Notes under the pieces: generated by a model
Database searches by the model: none
The model's input: the letters and a program-made list of their open reading frames with translations, nothing else
What the model was told of the DNA's origin: nothing
From: a virus
IMG/VR virus record: IMGVR_UViG_3300020370_000003
Coordinates: 1 to 64,000 of that record
Strand: one strand, 5' to 3'
Length of the DNA stretch: 64,000 nt
Made by a program: the position numbers and the translations under genes
In this document: positions 38,391 through 51,600 of the stretch, in pieces
Layout of the letters: every line of letters begins with the position of its first letter
Numbering within the stretch: position 1 is the stretch's first letter

Positions 38391-39617
38391 TTAACCGATT
38401 ACGTTGATTACGCCATTCATAGCAGCGTGTAATGTACACTGATAATAAAGAATAGCTGGGGCATCCATAGGAACAGTCCAATAAAGAACAGCAGTTCCAC
38501 TACCAGTTTGACCAGCAGTATATGGGTTACCACTCAAACCTTGACTACTCTGTATTCTAAATGGGTGTGCAGATGCTTGAACAGTATTATCAAAAGCATA
38601 TGTCATACCCTTCATAACAGAAAGAGTTGCATCAGCAGTTGCAGATGAAAATCCAGGTCCAGCAAATGTATAGTCAGATGAACCAGAAGCATTTACTTCC
38701 CACCAAGTAATAGGACTGCGTGTAACAACCCAATTAGTACCATTATAAAATAATGAATCTCCTTGCACTAAACCACCAACATCAGTATCTGTTAAAGCAG
38801 CAAATGTGGTAGTAAGAGTTCCAGAAAAATCTACTGTTAAAGTATCACCAACAACTGTTGTTGTTATATTAGTTCCACCAGCAACTGTTAATGTATCAAC
38901 TTGACTATTAGCAGTTGTAGACCCAGTATCACCAGCAACAGTAGCAAATAAGTTTACAGAACTAACTCCAGCAGCATCATCACCTGGTTTCCATTTAGCA
39001 GCAGTTGAATCCCATTTAAGAACTTGATTATTTGTAGGAGCAACAGTAGTTGTATCAATATCTGCTAATAAATCAACACTAGAATACTCAGTAATAAGTT
39101 TTGCTCTTACATCACCAACACCACCTGTAGTAATATTAATGTTAACATATGGATTATCATCACCATCTACAGTAAAGAAAAATCCACCATAAGCTGCAGC
39201 AGAAGGTGCATTACCCAATGCTGGAAATTCATTTTTGTAACCTATTCTCGTGGGGAAGTCAAAATCTCCAGTCGCACCATCAAAAGTAGCAGTAACACCG
39301 CCAGCAGAGATAGTAACATCTCCTGTCCCATTGGGAGCGAGAGAAATGTTTCCATTACTTGAGGATATGATAGAATTTCCATTTACATCCAGTCCTGATG
39401 TTAAAGTTGTAAGATCTGACGGTAAGAAATTACTACCATTATAGCGGAGAACTTGACCAACAGCAGGGTTTATGACACTAAGTTGTATATTAGTACCATT
39501 ACCAATTGCGGAATATATCTCATTGAAATTGTCGTTAATCTTGTCGCCTCCACCACGCAGGGTATCCCCTGTGTTATCATTAGCTACCGTACCAAGATTT
39601 AGTGATTGTTTGGCCAT
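38391..39617 (-). CDS. gp9/gp10-like baseplate-fibre connector with C-terminal cupredoxin-like domain
   Basis: N-terminal KQSLNLGTVANDNTGDTLRGGGDKINDNFNEIY is the T4 gp9/gp10 N-terminal motif; C-terminal AHPFRI...LYYQCTLHAAMNG. Confidence 0.8.
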   Translation of the reverse strand: MAKQSLNLGTVANDNTGDTLRGGGDKINDNFNEIYSAIGNGTNIQLSVINPAVGQVLRYNGSNFLPSDLTTLTSGLDVNGNSIISSSNGNISLAPNGTGDVTISAGGVTATFDGATGDFDFPTRIGYKNEFPALGNAPSAAAYGGFFFTVDGDDNPYVNINITTGGVGDVRAKLITEYSSVDLLADIDTTTVAPTNNQVLKWDSTAAKWKPGDDAAGVSSVNLFATVAGDTGSTTANSQVDTLTVAGGTNITTTVVGDTLTVDFSGTLTTTFAALTDTDVGGLVQGDSLFYNGTNWVVTRSPITWWEVNASGSSDYTFAGPGFSSATADATLSVMKGMTYAFDNTVQASAHPFRIQSSQGLSGNPYTAGQTGSGTAVLYWTVPMDAPAILYYQCTLHAAMNGVINVIG

Positions 39618-39640
39618 TACTCGCTACATTTTTTAGTTAT

Positions 39641-42600
39641 TTATGGTGTTTCAGGGTCTACTAACTCTTCACCATATTGTGAAAGGTCAGGAGCAGTCCA
39701 ATCATCAGGAACTGATGTCTCAACCTCAATATTAGGATTTTGATATCCAGTACCTTGGTTATTAATAACAACTCCACCGACACCAACTAGTGCGTTAATA
39801 TCTCCTTCAAAACCAGATATAGAGTCAACTCTAACATTTGGTCTGCTTGTGTATCCAGATCCACCTGAAGTAACCTGTACACTATTAATAAATCCTGAAG
39901 TTAAATTTGCCTGTGCTTGTGCGTTCTGTCCGAACACAGAACCAAGATAGTCAAATGTAATTAGAGAGTTTGAAGACTCAATAACAGCAACCTCTCTGTC
40001 TGATGTCTCACCTTGGATGTCAATAAAGTCACCAGGTTCGATAGGTGGAATAACTTCAGCAGCATCAACGTCTGCCTCAGAACCAACGTAGGAGAATCCA
40101 ACAAATGTAGAACCTACACGAGGAATCTCAGAGAAAATGATACGTGAACCAACCAATTCAAAACCAACGCCTGGTTCCTGAATAACACCGTTAAGTGAAA
40201 CGATGATATTATTCTCAGGTCTGATAGTTGTGGACTGAACACCATCCGTAAGCGTTAGTGAGTAGAATACATCATTACGCTTGAGGTTGAATGACTGACG
40301 TAAGGAGTCAAACTCGAATGAGATATCATCCAACTGTCTCAACTTACCTACGTAGAATCCTGTAAATGATGCTCCTAAATCTGGTGGTTCTGTGAACTGA
40401 ATAGAATCAGAGAACGCTGTATAAGCAGAAGACGCACCAGGTGGTTGAAGAATACCATTAACAAATATAAGAAGATGTCCAGCTGGATCTGGTAGGTACT
40501 GAGTACCATTACCAGTAGAGAGTTTGAATGTAGTTTGAACTCCATCAAATCCCTTAAATGCTCTCTTAACACGTGCGAGAAGTGGAACTTTATTTACCAC
40601 GATTGCCTTATAATCATCAGCACTGATAATTGCATCCTTAGTAACAAATGTTCCTTTGATATTACTTAGATAAACTCTCTTAAGAGTACCGCTATCACGT
40701 ATATCCTGAATTAAAGCTGAACCAGCACCAGGTGTGACAACCCTTGTAGTTACAGATGCGTAACCAACTGGGAAGTTATTTCCAACTCCATAATCACCTA
40801 CGAGATCTCCATTTGTAAGAGGTGTTCCTTGGAAATCAGCAACATATAAGAAGTTGTTATCTAGATCAACTTCAGAAATTATTGCATAATTATCAAAGTC
40901 CTGTATACCACCAACAACCTTATAAAGTCTACTACCAACAGTAAATTCATTCAATCCACTAATGACTGTAATACCCAAGCGTGTATATCCAGCAGATGCG
41001 ATTCTATCACCAACTGATATATCAAAACCATCAAACTTATTAACTTCAATATATTGTCTAGAAACTTCAGGATAAACAACAGAAGTTGTTTCAAATGAAC
41101 CTAATAGAGTTTCAGTATCAACTGTTAAAGTACCACCTGTATTATCAAGTACAGCAGCTTCTGTACGTATAAATTCGGTTGGAGTAGCAGTTGCACCACT
41201 AGTGTATGCCTTAAATGGAACCGATGCCTCAAATGTACCCTTAAGGTCTATAATTTGAAGACGATCTGTAATTACACTAATCTGTCCTGTTGGTGGTAAT
41301 TGTGCTCTATCAGATTCAACTATATCAAGAGCTGCAAATGTACCAGCACTCATTATCACATCTACGTATCTGTAGTTCTCATCTTCCCATAATCCATGAA
41401 CAGTTCCATTTACAGCATTATCAGATACCTTTCTAATAGTTTCACCTATCCAGAATGGTCCATCTGTTATCTCAGCATCAAATCGTAATCTCTGATAGAT
41501 GTTAACAATCTCACCTTCATTAACAGTCATAGTTTCTAATTCTGCATATGCACCACTATTAAATCCATACAAGTAATCAGAATCATTTAATCCACCACCT
41601 AAACCAATTGGTACTTCTCTAGTTCCATATGTGTAGGTAGGCATACTAATACCATTGTTAACAGTGATATTAGTGTAGAATGTATCTAAACCTAGTTGTC
41701 CTTTTAGAATATCTAAGTTACTTCTGATACATCTAGTTACTGACTTATCGTTATAGTATGCAGAAGAGTTAGCATCAAAGTACTTAATATAACTTGCAGC
41801 AGGTGAAGGTGATGTGAGTGTATCACTTATTGCCTGACTTGCATAAGTTTCTAAAGCACTTAAAGCATAGGTCTTAACATTGTACTCAGTATCTGCGTAG
41901 AATATTTCACCAAGTTGAGAAGTGTATGGGTCAATAGTACCAACAGATAATTTAGCACCCCACATAAACATACCACTTGCACCATCACCCAAGTATGATA
42001 AAGAATTAGTAGTATCATACATTAAGAATTGAGCACGTAATTCACTAAATCCAAAGGATATAGTTGTTGTAATATATGCTCTATACCATCCATTACCATA
42101 AGGTACTGAACCATATGCATCACCACTTATACCACCTTGAGGTTGGAATAATGTTCCAGCAGTTCCTGTAGCAAGATCTAAGTCAAAGAATACATCTTGC
42201 TGACCAACTGTACCAGCATCCATAACAAGACCGAATCTAACTTTATTAAATTCATCTCCTTTAAAGAATACTGAGAATGTATATTGCTGATTATCATCAT
42301 CAGTAGCTGCTCCACCTTCGTCAAAACTATTGTTAGTATCATCAAACTTAATAGTTCCATCATCCCACGTATCATAAGATGTTAAACTATAGTTTCTACT
42401 AGTATAGTGATAACCATTACTCTGATAAGCAATTAATTTTTCTGCAGTTTGTGTACCATCTGGTGCTTGTGCAAAATCATCACTAATAACAATATAACCA
42501 GGAAGCCAATTAAATCTTATTTGCTCTGGATTTGAGAATAAGTTAGGTGCAGATACCTGACCTTGGATATTAGATTGTATATTCTTAGCAAAAGCAATAG

Positions 42601-45600
42601 TTCTAACATTTGCTGGTTTGTTAAACCAAGTATATGGATAACCAACTCCACCCACTTTAACATTTGCTACAACACCAGAACGTGTTCCTTCTAGTCTATC
42701 GTTTGCTTCCCAAGGAGAACCATACCATTTTCCAACAACTAAGAAACTACCTTCACTCTTATATTCAAGAACTACAGCAGATCCACCACCAGCTCTTTGA
42801 CTGAATATCATCTCACCAACTTCAAAAGCACCAGTAACATTTTCAATTTCAATATTATGTGCTACTACTGTATCAGTAATATCAGTTGTAATTAAATCAT
42901 GTACTAAATTAGTAACAATGGTATTGAGCCAATCATCATACAACCAAACAGAAGAACCGAACTGCTGTGCTACAAGAGTTGTAATCTCTTCTTTATAGTA
43001 ACTCTGGTTATAAAGTAAGTTCTTAGCAGCACCTCTCATTGCCAACTTACCAGGAGCAAGTATATTAAGAGCAATATCAACCAATTCTTTAAACCTAGTA
43101 ACAACTGGGCTCATATCAACTGGTGTTAATCCATCTCTATATGCTTCTATAGTAGTATAGTTAAAGTTATATGCTGGAGGAACCTCATTAGAATCTTTAG
43201 TGTACAACCTATTAAGAATTGCATGCTCACCTAACCACTTCATCTGCTCAATAGCATATGTTGTTGCTAATAACTCATCTTCGATGAAGTTAATTTGCAT
43301 TGTAGTGGATAGATAATTTTCCATTGCAGCAATAGTGCTATTATTTCCACCTGTTTGTAAGTCAGAAATAATACCCAACATAATAAGAGATAGGTCACGT
43401 TGACATGTTTGAACACCACCTGGTTCTGGATATAAGAATGCATTGTAGTAAGGACCACCTTCTGCTAATTGGAATTGGAATTCATTACTTACTAATGTTG
43501 TTATTTCATCAGCAATTGATTTTCTATTAAAGTATAATCTATCAGCAGATATTGCAAAGTCATTATTTGTAGGAGCAATGATATCATTAGCAGTTTCAAC
43601 TAAACTATCAATTGCTTCCTTAACATCAGCACAATCACCAGGAGAGACTATTCCAGCAGCAACTGCACTTACAAATGTATGTGCTTGAACATTAGTTGTA
43701 GCACCAACATTAAGTGTAATTGTTGTTGCATCAGCAGCAAGGATTTCCAAATTGCTACCAGACGCAGGGTCAGTTGATCTTGGATATGCAGCCTGAGATG
43801 ATGTAACTGCACTAACGTTAACTGTAATTGTTGTACCAGTTACAGCACTAATTGCTAGAACACCATTATTCATATCTGACGTATTAGTAGACGCAGGGTC
43901 AGTAGGACGTGGATATGGATGATTAGAAGAATGATTATCAGCATCACAAGTAAATGTAATTCCAAAATCAGCAATACTAATTGTATTACTTGTAGTCAAA
44001 CTATGTGATCCAATTTCTAATTCTAAATTACCATTTGAAGGATTATATGTTGTTCCTGTTGCTGCAGTAAATGGTCCACCAGAGTCTGCAGTAATGGCAT
44101 CAGTAACACCACTTACAAAAGTATGAGTTCCTGTACCACCAGCACAACTGAATGTTAAAGAAGCATTTGCGACATTAACATATCTTCCAACTTCAAGACT
44201 ATGAGTTCCGATAGTTGCAACAAGAATACCAGTTGCAGGATCATAAGTTGCTGATGAAGCTGTAAATGTAGATGATGTTGATTGTGTAATACCCCAATCA
44301 CCAACTATAATTTTATCAGTATTATCATAAGTTAAATTACCAGTTATCGCTTGCTTCATGTAATGTGCAAGACGTAAATGTGCATATGCAGATTGGAATA
44401 ACTGTAAGCGAATATGTAAGATTACATCATTAGCACCAAGATATCTCCTAGCAACGTTAACTGTATTAAAGTTACCACCTTGTCTAAGGTCTTTAATAAA
44501 TTCGGTAAGAATTAATGCTAAGTCAGTCTTACACTGTAAAGTACCATTTCCACTACCATCAGCATTTCTAGGCATATCCAGAACAAGATCTGGATATAAA
44601 GTCAACATATCATAAGATGCTTTATCTACAATAGGACCAGCATTTGCTTCTACTAGATCTGCAGCATCTTGGAATCTATACTTACCATTACTACCAATTT
44701 GATTTGCATATATTATATCATCAGTAGAATTGTGTAATGAAACTGGGAATGTTTCTTCCAAATATGCATATACACGTCCACCAAGGAATTCATTATTTGG
44801 ATCTGAAGATAATTTTGATACAGAACCAAGATGATCTATAGGTGATGGATTATTAGCATCTTCTAAAGTATCAGTAACTATATCAATTAAGTTTTCTACA
44901 GTTGCTTGAACATCTACACAATCACCTACACTATAATCCATAACAGTAACACAATTAGTTTCTGCAGAAACAAAAGAATGCTTAGTTAAGAGCTTCTTAA
45001 CTGCACCAGGGTCAGCACTTGAGAATGTGTGAGCACTTGCTGGTTGATAAGAAACATTATTGCTACTTGCATTACCAGTAAATGTATGTGCATAATCACC
45101 ACCAGTTACAACTGCTGCTCTCTTAATACAGTTAGTTGCATATGTTTTACCAGCTACGAATGTATGTGTAGTAACGTTAGTAGAAGGTGATATATCTAAA
45201 ACTTGAACTTGGAAGGTATATGATGTCAATCCTGTAGATAGAACCTTCAACCACTTACCACTTGCAGGGTCAGTTGCTCTTGGATATCTGTGCTCAGTAG
45301 CATTACCGTCCTTAGTACATGTAAATGTTAATGAATTATCATCAAACTTAATATACTCACCTGCATCCATATTATGAACAACATTAGTTGTAACAGTCAT
45401 TATTCCTGTCCAACCACTATATGTTATTCCAGTTGGTGTGTACTTATCATATACTGTATAGAAAGCATGTTCTGTGGTATTACTAATAGCACCATTAGAT
45501 ATATTAACAGTAACAGAAGTTGAAGTTGTGGCAGTAATAGGATGAGATTTATTATAACCCCAGTCACTTGTACGAGGATAGTAGTGAATAGTATTACCAC

Positions 45601-48600
45601 CATCTTGAGCACAAATAAATCCAAATGATTGTTTAGCAATTTTAATACCATCACCAACCTCAAGTTCATGAGCACCAATATCAATGGTCAACATTCCAGT
45701 AGTAGGATCATATGCTGTTGTTGAACCAGCTGCTAATGAAGGATTGTATCCTTTGATAGGAGACTTACCAACATTAACCTTAATCATACCATTCTGTGCT
45801 CTAACACCATTAGTTGCAGCACTTAAGAAAGCATGAGTAGAAGTATCTGAAGATATTCCTACATTAACATCAAATGTATCATTAGTCTTATTTGAAATAG
45901 CTAACCATCTTCCACTTGAAGGGTCAGTTGCTCTTGGATACTTATGGTCCGATGTATATCCATCTAGGTTACATCTAAAAGTTAATGACTCATCAACAAG
46001 TTGGATGTAATCTCCATTATTAAGTCCATGAGCAGTCAATGTAATTGTCATTACACCTGTTGAAGGAACAAATGCAGCGTTACTAGCAGTACCTGAACTA
46101 TAATATACGTCAGTTACAGGAATTGATTTCTCAGCACCATAAGGATCTGTTGCACGTGGATATGTCTTAGTGGCAGTATTGCCATCCATATCACAAGTGA
46201 ACTGTAAAGTATTATTCTGTATAACAATACTAGAACCTTTACGCATTCCATGTTGACCAATCGTTAAAGTCATATCACCTGTTGATGCATCGTAAGTAGC
46301 AGCAGATGGTGTAAATGTCTGATTAGTTCCAGGTGTACCTACATTAACTGTTATTGAAGTAGCATCTGTAGCAATAACTGGCAATTCTTTACCAGAAGTA
46401 CGAACATCATGTCCAGGTCTAGGATAAGATTTAATGGACTGGTTATTGTCCATTGTACATGTAAATCTAATTGACTCATCTTCAATGATTACGAAATCAT
46501 CAGTTGTAATATCATGAGCAAGAAGGTTTATCTGTAAATTACCATTACTTGTATCGTATGTTGCAGTATCTGGATTGTATGGTTTATAATTTTTATTGAA
46601 TGAAGTAGGACCAACATTAACAGTAAATGAGTTTGTATCAAACTTAGTAATTGGTAATACTTGCTTAGATGAAGGATCTGTAGTACGTGGATACGTATGA
46701 TTTGAAGCTCTATCATCATATTCACATGTCATGGTCAATCCATGATCATCAATAGCAATTGCTCTACCTTTCTTCTTAAAGCATCCACCCTTAGCACCTG
46801 TAAGAGTATGTGTATAAGCACCACCAGTTCTAATTACAGCACGAGTTAATCCATTTGTTACAGCAGATTGGAATTGGTGAGTGGTAGTATTAGAAGAAGT
46901 ACCGACATTAACAACAAAGGTATCTTTAGTAACACTAGATACTTCCAAATATGTGTCGCTAGCTGGGTCAGAAGAACGTGGATATGTATGATCAGTCTGA
47001 TAGTTATCTTGTAAACAACGGAATGTTATTGAACCATCGTCAAATTTAACCATGTCTCCATTTTCAAATCCATGATTAGGAACTGTTACAGTCATTAAAC
47101 CAGTTCCAGGAGTAAATGCAGCAGTAGTTATAGTGAACTTCTCACCACCAGTAACAAATTCATGTGTATAATCACCACCAACAGTAAATGCTTTATCTAC
47201 TGTTAGTCCACCCTTCCAAACGTGAGTATATTGTCCACCACACTTAATAGCATCTGCACTAGCAGATTGGAATACGTGAGTTGAAGTATTTGAAGATATA
47301 CCAACATCAACTGTAATTACACCAGTTGGTCTCTGCATACTGTTTGCAACAAAGTTTACAAAGGTATGAGTTGATGTATCACTAGACTTACCAATAAAGA
47401 CATCAAATGTATTTGTCAGAACATTATCTAATGGTAACCACTCAAAGTAAGATGGGTCTGTACGTCTTGGATATGAATGGTTTGTAGCATCATCGTCTTT
47501 AGCACAAGTGAATGTTACTGCATTTTCGTCTAATCTAACCTTATCATTTGCCTTAATTAACCCATTAGCAACTGCTGATACCCATACGTGAGTTGTATTA
47601 TTAGAAATAGGTTGATCACCAAATGCACTTCCAACAGTCATACTGAAATCGTTAGCACTTGTGCGAAGAATTGGGAAGAATCTTCCACTAGCAAAATCAC
47701 TAGGTCTTGGATATGAATGGTTGGTAGAATTACCATCTTCAGCACAAGTAAAGACTAAAGAGTTATTAGCAATCTTAACCATGTCACCAGTTACAAATCC
47801 ATGATTAGCAGATGTTACAAATAGTTCACCTGTTGCTGGATTAAATGATGTACCACTTTCTGCAGTCTTTGTAGTTGGAGCAGTTAATCCATGACCATCC
47901 ATAGTTATGGTCATCATACCTGTAGTTGGATTATATGCTGCATCAGTTGGAGTATGAGTTGTAGTCTTAACATCCTGAACATAAGTTGCAGTATTGTATG
48001 CATAGTCAGCACCACCAGGAGCATTAGAACCAGATGCACGAGGATATGTCTTATCTGTTGTCTGACCATCAAGATCGCAACGGAATGTTAATGAATCTTG
48101 CTCGATGTATACAGAATCACCAGCTCTTGTAATACCATTTTGAACACAACTTACAAATGTGTGAGTATAATCACCACCAGTAATTACAGCACCTGATAAA
48201 GATGAATGATAGTTATGAGTACCAGCATGACTAATTGCCGTATCTGGTGCTTCGTTAACGTTTACCGTAATGGTTGTTGCATCCTTAGCAGTAATATTCA
48301 ATGAAGTATTGTATGCATAGTCTTGATTATCACTTGTATTAGCACCATATGATCTTGGATATGACTTCTGAGTAGAGAATCCATCTCCACCATAATCACA
48401 AACAAATGTGATTGAATTATCTTTTAATCTTATACTAGTTCCAACTGAAAGACTATGTGTACCAATGGTAAGTACTAAGTCTCCAGATACAGGATCGTAG
48501 CTAGCATTAGAAACATCAAAGTCTAATTGTGGTGAAGTTCCTACGTTAACATCAAATGTATTATCAGTAACGTTAGAAATTAGCATCCACTCCCCAGACT

Positions 48601-51600
48601 TAGGGTCAGTAGATCTTGGATAAGTATGCTCACTACCGTGTTGGTCTAATGAACATGTTAATGATATTGCATTATCAGCAACCTTAACCTTATCCCCTAT
48701 CATGAATCCATGATTAGGAATTGTAAGTGTCATTACACCAGTTGATGCAATGTAATTTACATCAGTTGCTGTATGAGTGGTAGAATCCTTAATCCAATGA
48801 TTACCAATAGTCAAGTCCATAATACCTGTCTCAGGTACATAGACAGCAGCAGAAGGTGTATATGCTGAGAACTTACTCTTACCAACATTAACAGTAAAGG
48901 CATTATTATTCTGCCTAATACCGTCAGCTAATCCAGAAACGAAGCTGTGTGTATAAGCACCAAATATAGTTCTACCAACAAATACATCAAATGTAGTGTT
49001 AGTTGAAGCTTCTACAACACTCCATCCTCTTCTAAACACTGGGTCAGTCTTACGAGGATATGCATGGTTTGTAGCATTACCATCTTTAGTACAACTAAAG
49101 GTAATAGCACCTTCTTCAAATCTAACTAACTCACCAGCAACTTTCATGCAAGGGTTAGTAGTTACACCAACACATGTATGCTCACTAAGGTCTTGAGACT
49201 TACCAATAAACAAATCAAATGTATTATCAGTTCTATTCTGTGCAGGTAACCATTCATCTCTTGCAGGGTCACCTGAGCGTGGGTAGAAGTGGTCTGTTGT
49301 CTCATCATCCAATCCACAACGGAATATAAATGCACCATCATTAAGTCTAACAAGGTTACCATTGTATACCTGATGACCAGATGATGTAATAGTTAACATT
49401 CCAGTAGCAGGGTCATAAGCAGCACCAGTACAATTTCTAGTACTTGGTGGGCTTAATAATGCACCGCAAGTAACAGTCATCATACCTGTTAATGGGTTGT
49501 ATGATGCATCAGTTGCAGTCCTATTAATTTCAGAAATATTAGTAACTTCAACAGCAGTACCACGAGCAGGGTCAGTTAATCTTGGATATGCATGATCGGT
49601 TGCTTGACCGTCCATATTACATGCAAAGAGGAATGCCCCATCTCTAAGTCTAATGCTATCACCAACCATTAAATTCATATTTCCACCTAATCCAGGAGAA
49701 CCAGGAGCAGAAGTGGTAATTACTAATGCACCAGTTACAGGAGTATAGTTTGCACTAGAAACATCGTATGCAATATTATGTGTCTTACCAACATCTAAAG
49801 TAATTGTATTATCCTTATGAATAATACCATTAGGATCTGCAGACTTAAATGTATGTAATGAAAGGTCAGTAGATATACCAACATTTACATCAAATGTATT
49901 AGTAGTTACATTAACAATCTTATGTAACCTACCGCTAGTTGGGTCTGTAGAACGTGGATATCTATGTTGAGTTATGTTGTTGTCCAACAAGCACTCAAAT
50001 GTAAGTGAATCATCAGCAATACGAACTTTATCACCATGAGCAAATCCATGACTAAACACTGTAATTGTTAGTAAACCTGTTTCTGGTGTGTATGATGCAC
50101 CATTTGCAGTATGAGTAGTTCCTTCATATAGAATAGGAACACTATCCTGATAAATGAAATCATTCGCTCTTGGATATTTCTTAACAGACTGCAATCCATC
50201 CATAGTACATCTGAATGGAAGACTACCTGTAGCAACCTTAATATTTGTACCAGCTCTCAATCTATGCTCACCAATAGTCATCTTAAGAAGACCTGTTGAA
50301 CCACTGTATGTTGCAGCAGTAGGATTGAAAATTACGTCTGGTGTTTTACCAACATCAACTTGGAAAGTTGTTGAGTCAACAACAACAACATCTAACCAAC
50401 CTTGACTTGCATGGTCAGAAGCTCTTGGATACTTATGCTCAGACCTATTCTGATCCATAGTACAAGTAAATGTTAGAGACTCATCTTCAATTTGAAGTTT
50501 AGAACCTGCTGTAAGATTATGAGCACTACCAGTTGTACATGTAAGCATACCAGTAACAGGGTTATATCCACCACCATTAATTGATAATGATGTTTCACTA
50601 AACAAACCATGTGATGCTTTTAATATTTTTAATTCGCCAGTTGCAGCATTATATTCTGCTCCTGAAGGTGTGAATTTAGATGCTGCATTACCACTAGACT
50701 CTGTAATACTAGTATCAAATTTCTGCTTGTGTCCATGATGACCTTGAACATCCCAAGCATCATTGGTTATGATATATCTTAAAATTTGATTTAATTTACC
50801 ATATGTCCAAACAGTTTCTACAATTTCATTTTCAACGTTGAGTAATTTAACATTGTTTATATCTTCTCTGTCAACATAGTATGATGCAGCAGTCCAAATC
50901 TTTTCATTACTACCATTACGTAAATCAGATGCAATAGACTTACAAATATCTTTAACATCATCTTGACAATTTACACTACCATTAATGACAGTGAAATCTG
51001 GGAATTTCTGTTCTAATAGATATACTGCCTCTTGAGCAATGAAGTCTAAGTTGGATTCAATCAATGTAGCAGCATTGTAATACCTGTTAGTATTTCCAAC
51101 AAAACCTCTAGAAACTGCTCTACCAACATTAACTGTAATTGTAGTACCAGTTACTGAATCAATTGTTAATGCTACTCCATGTGCAGGGTCAGTTGGTCTT
51201 GGATATCTATGCTCAGTTGTATGATTATCTTTATCACAAGTGAATGGTAACTTATCAGTACCAATAGTTACAGTATTAGATGTTGTAAAACTATGAGATC
51301 CAATAGTCAATACTAAAACACCAGTCTCACCATTATACGTTGCATCAGTAACATCCTTTATAGTTCCATCGTTAAATGTAAGAGCAGCGTTTGAAGTACC
51401 AGCTACAAATGTATGGTCACCAACATAACGAACAGTAGAAATTATAGCATCGTTATTGAAATATTCTCCCTTTGTGAATGACTCAGAACCAGACCAATCT
51501 TGTACCCATTGCTGACCATCTTTACCATCAAAGTGAAGTAACATCTTAGTAGCACTATCACCTTGGAATATTCCAGCTAAAGGTGTAAATGCAGCTGCAT

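Noticed and set aside
43650-51420. CRISPR-like or DNA-level repeat array (recurrent gggtcagt...tggata strings)
   Set aside because: These encode the YPR..DP protein motif in frame, with degenerate third positions and irregular spacing.
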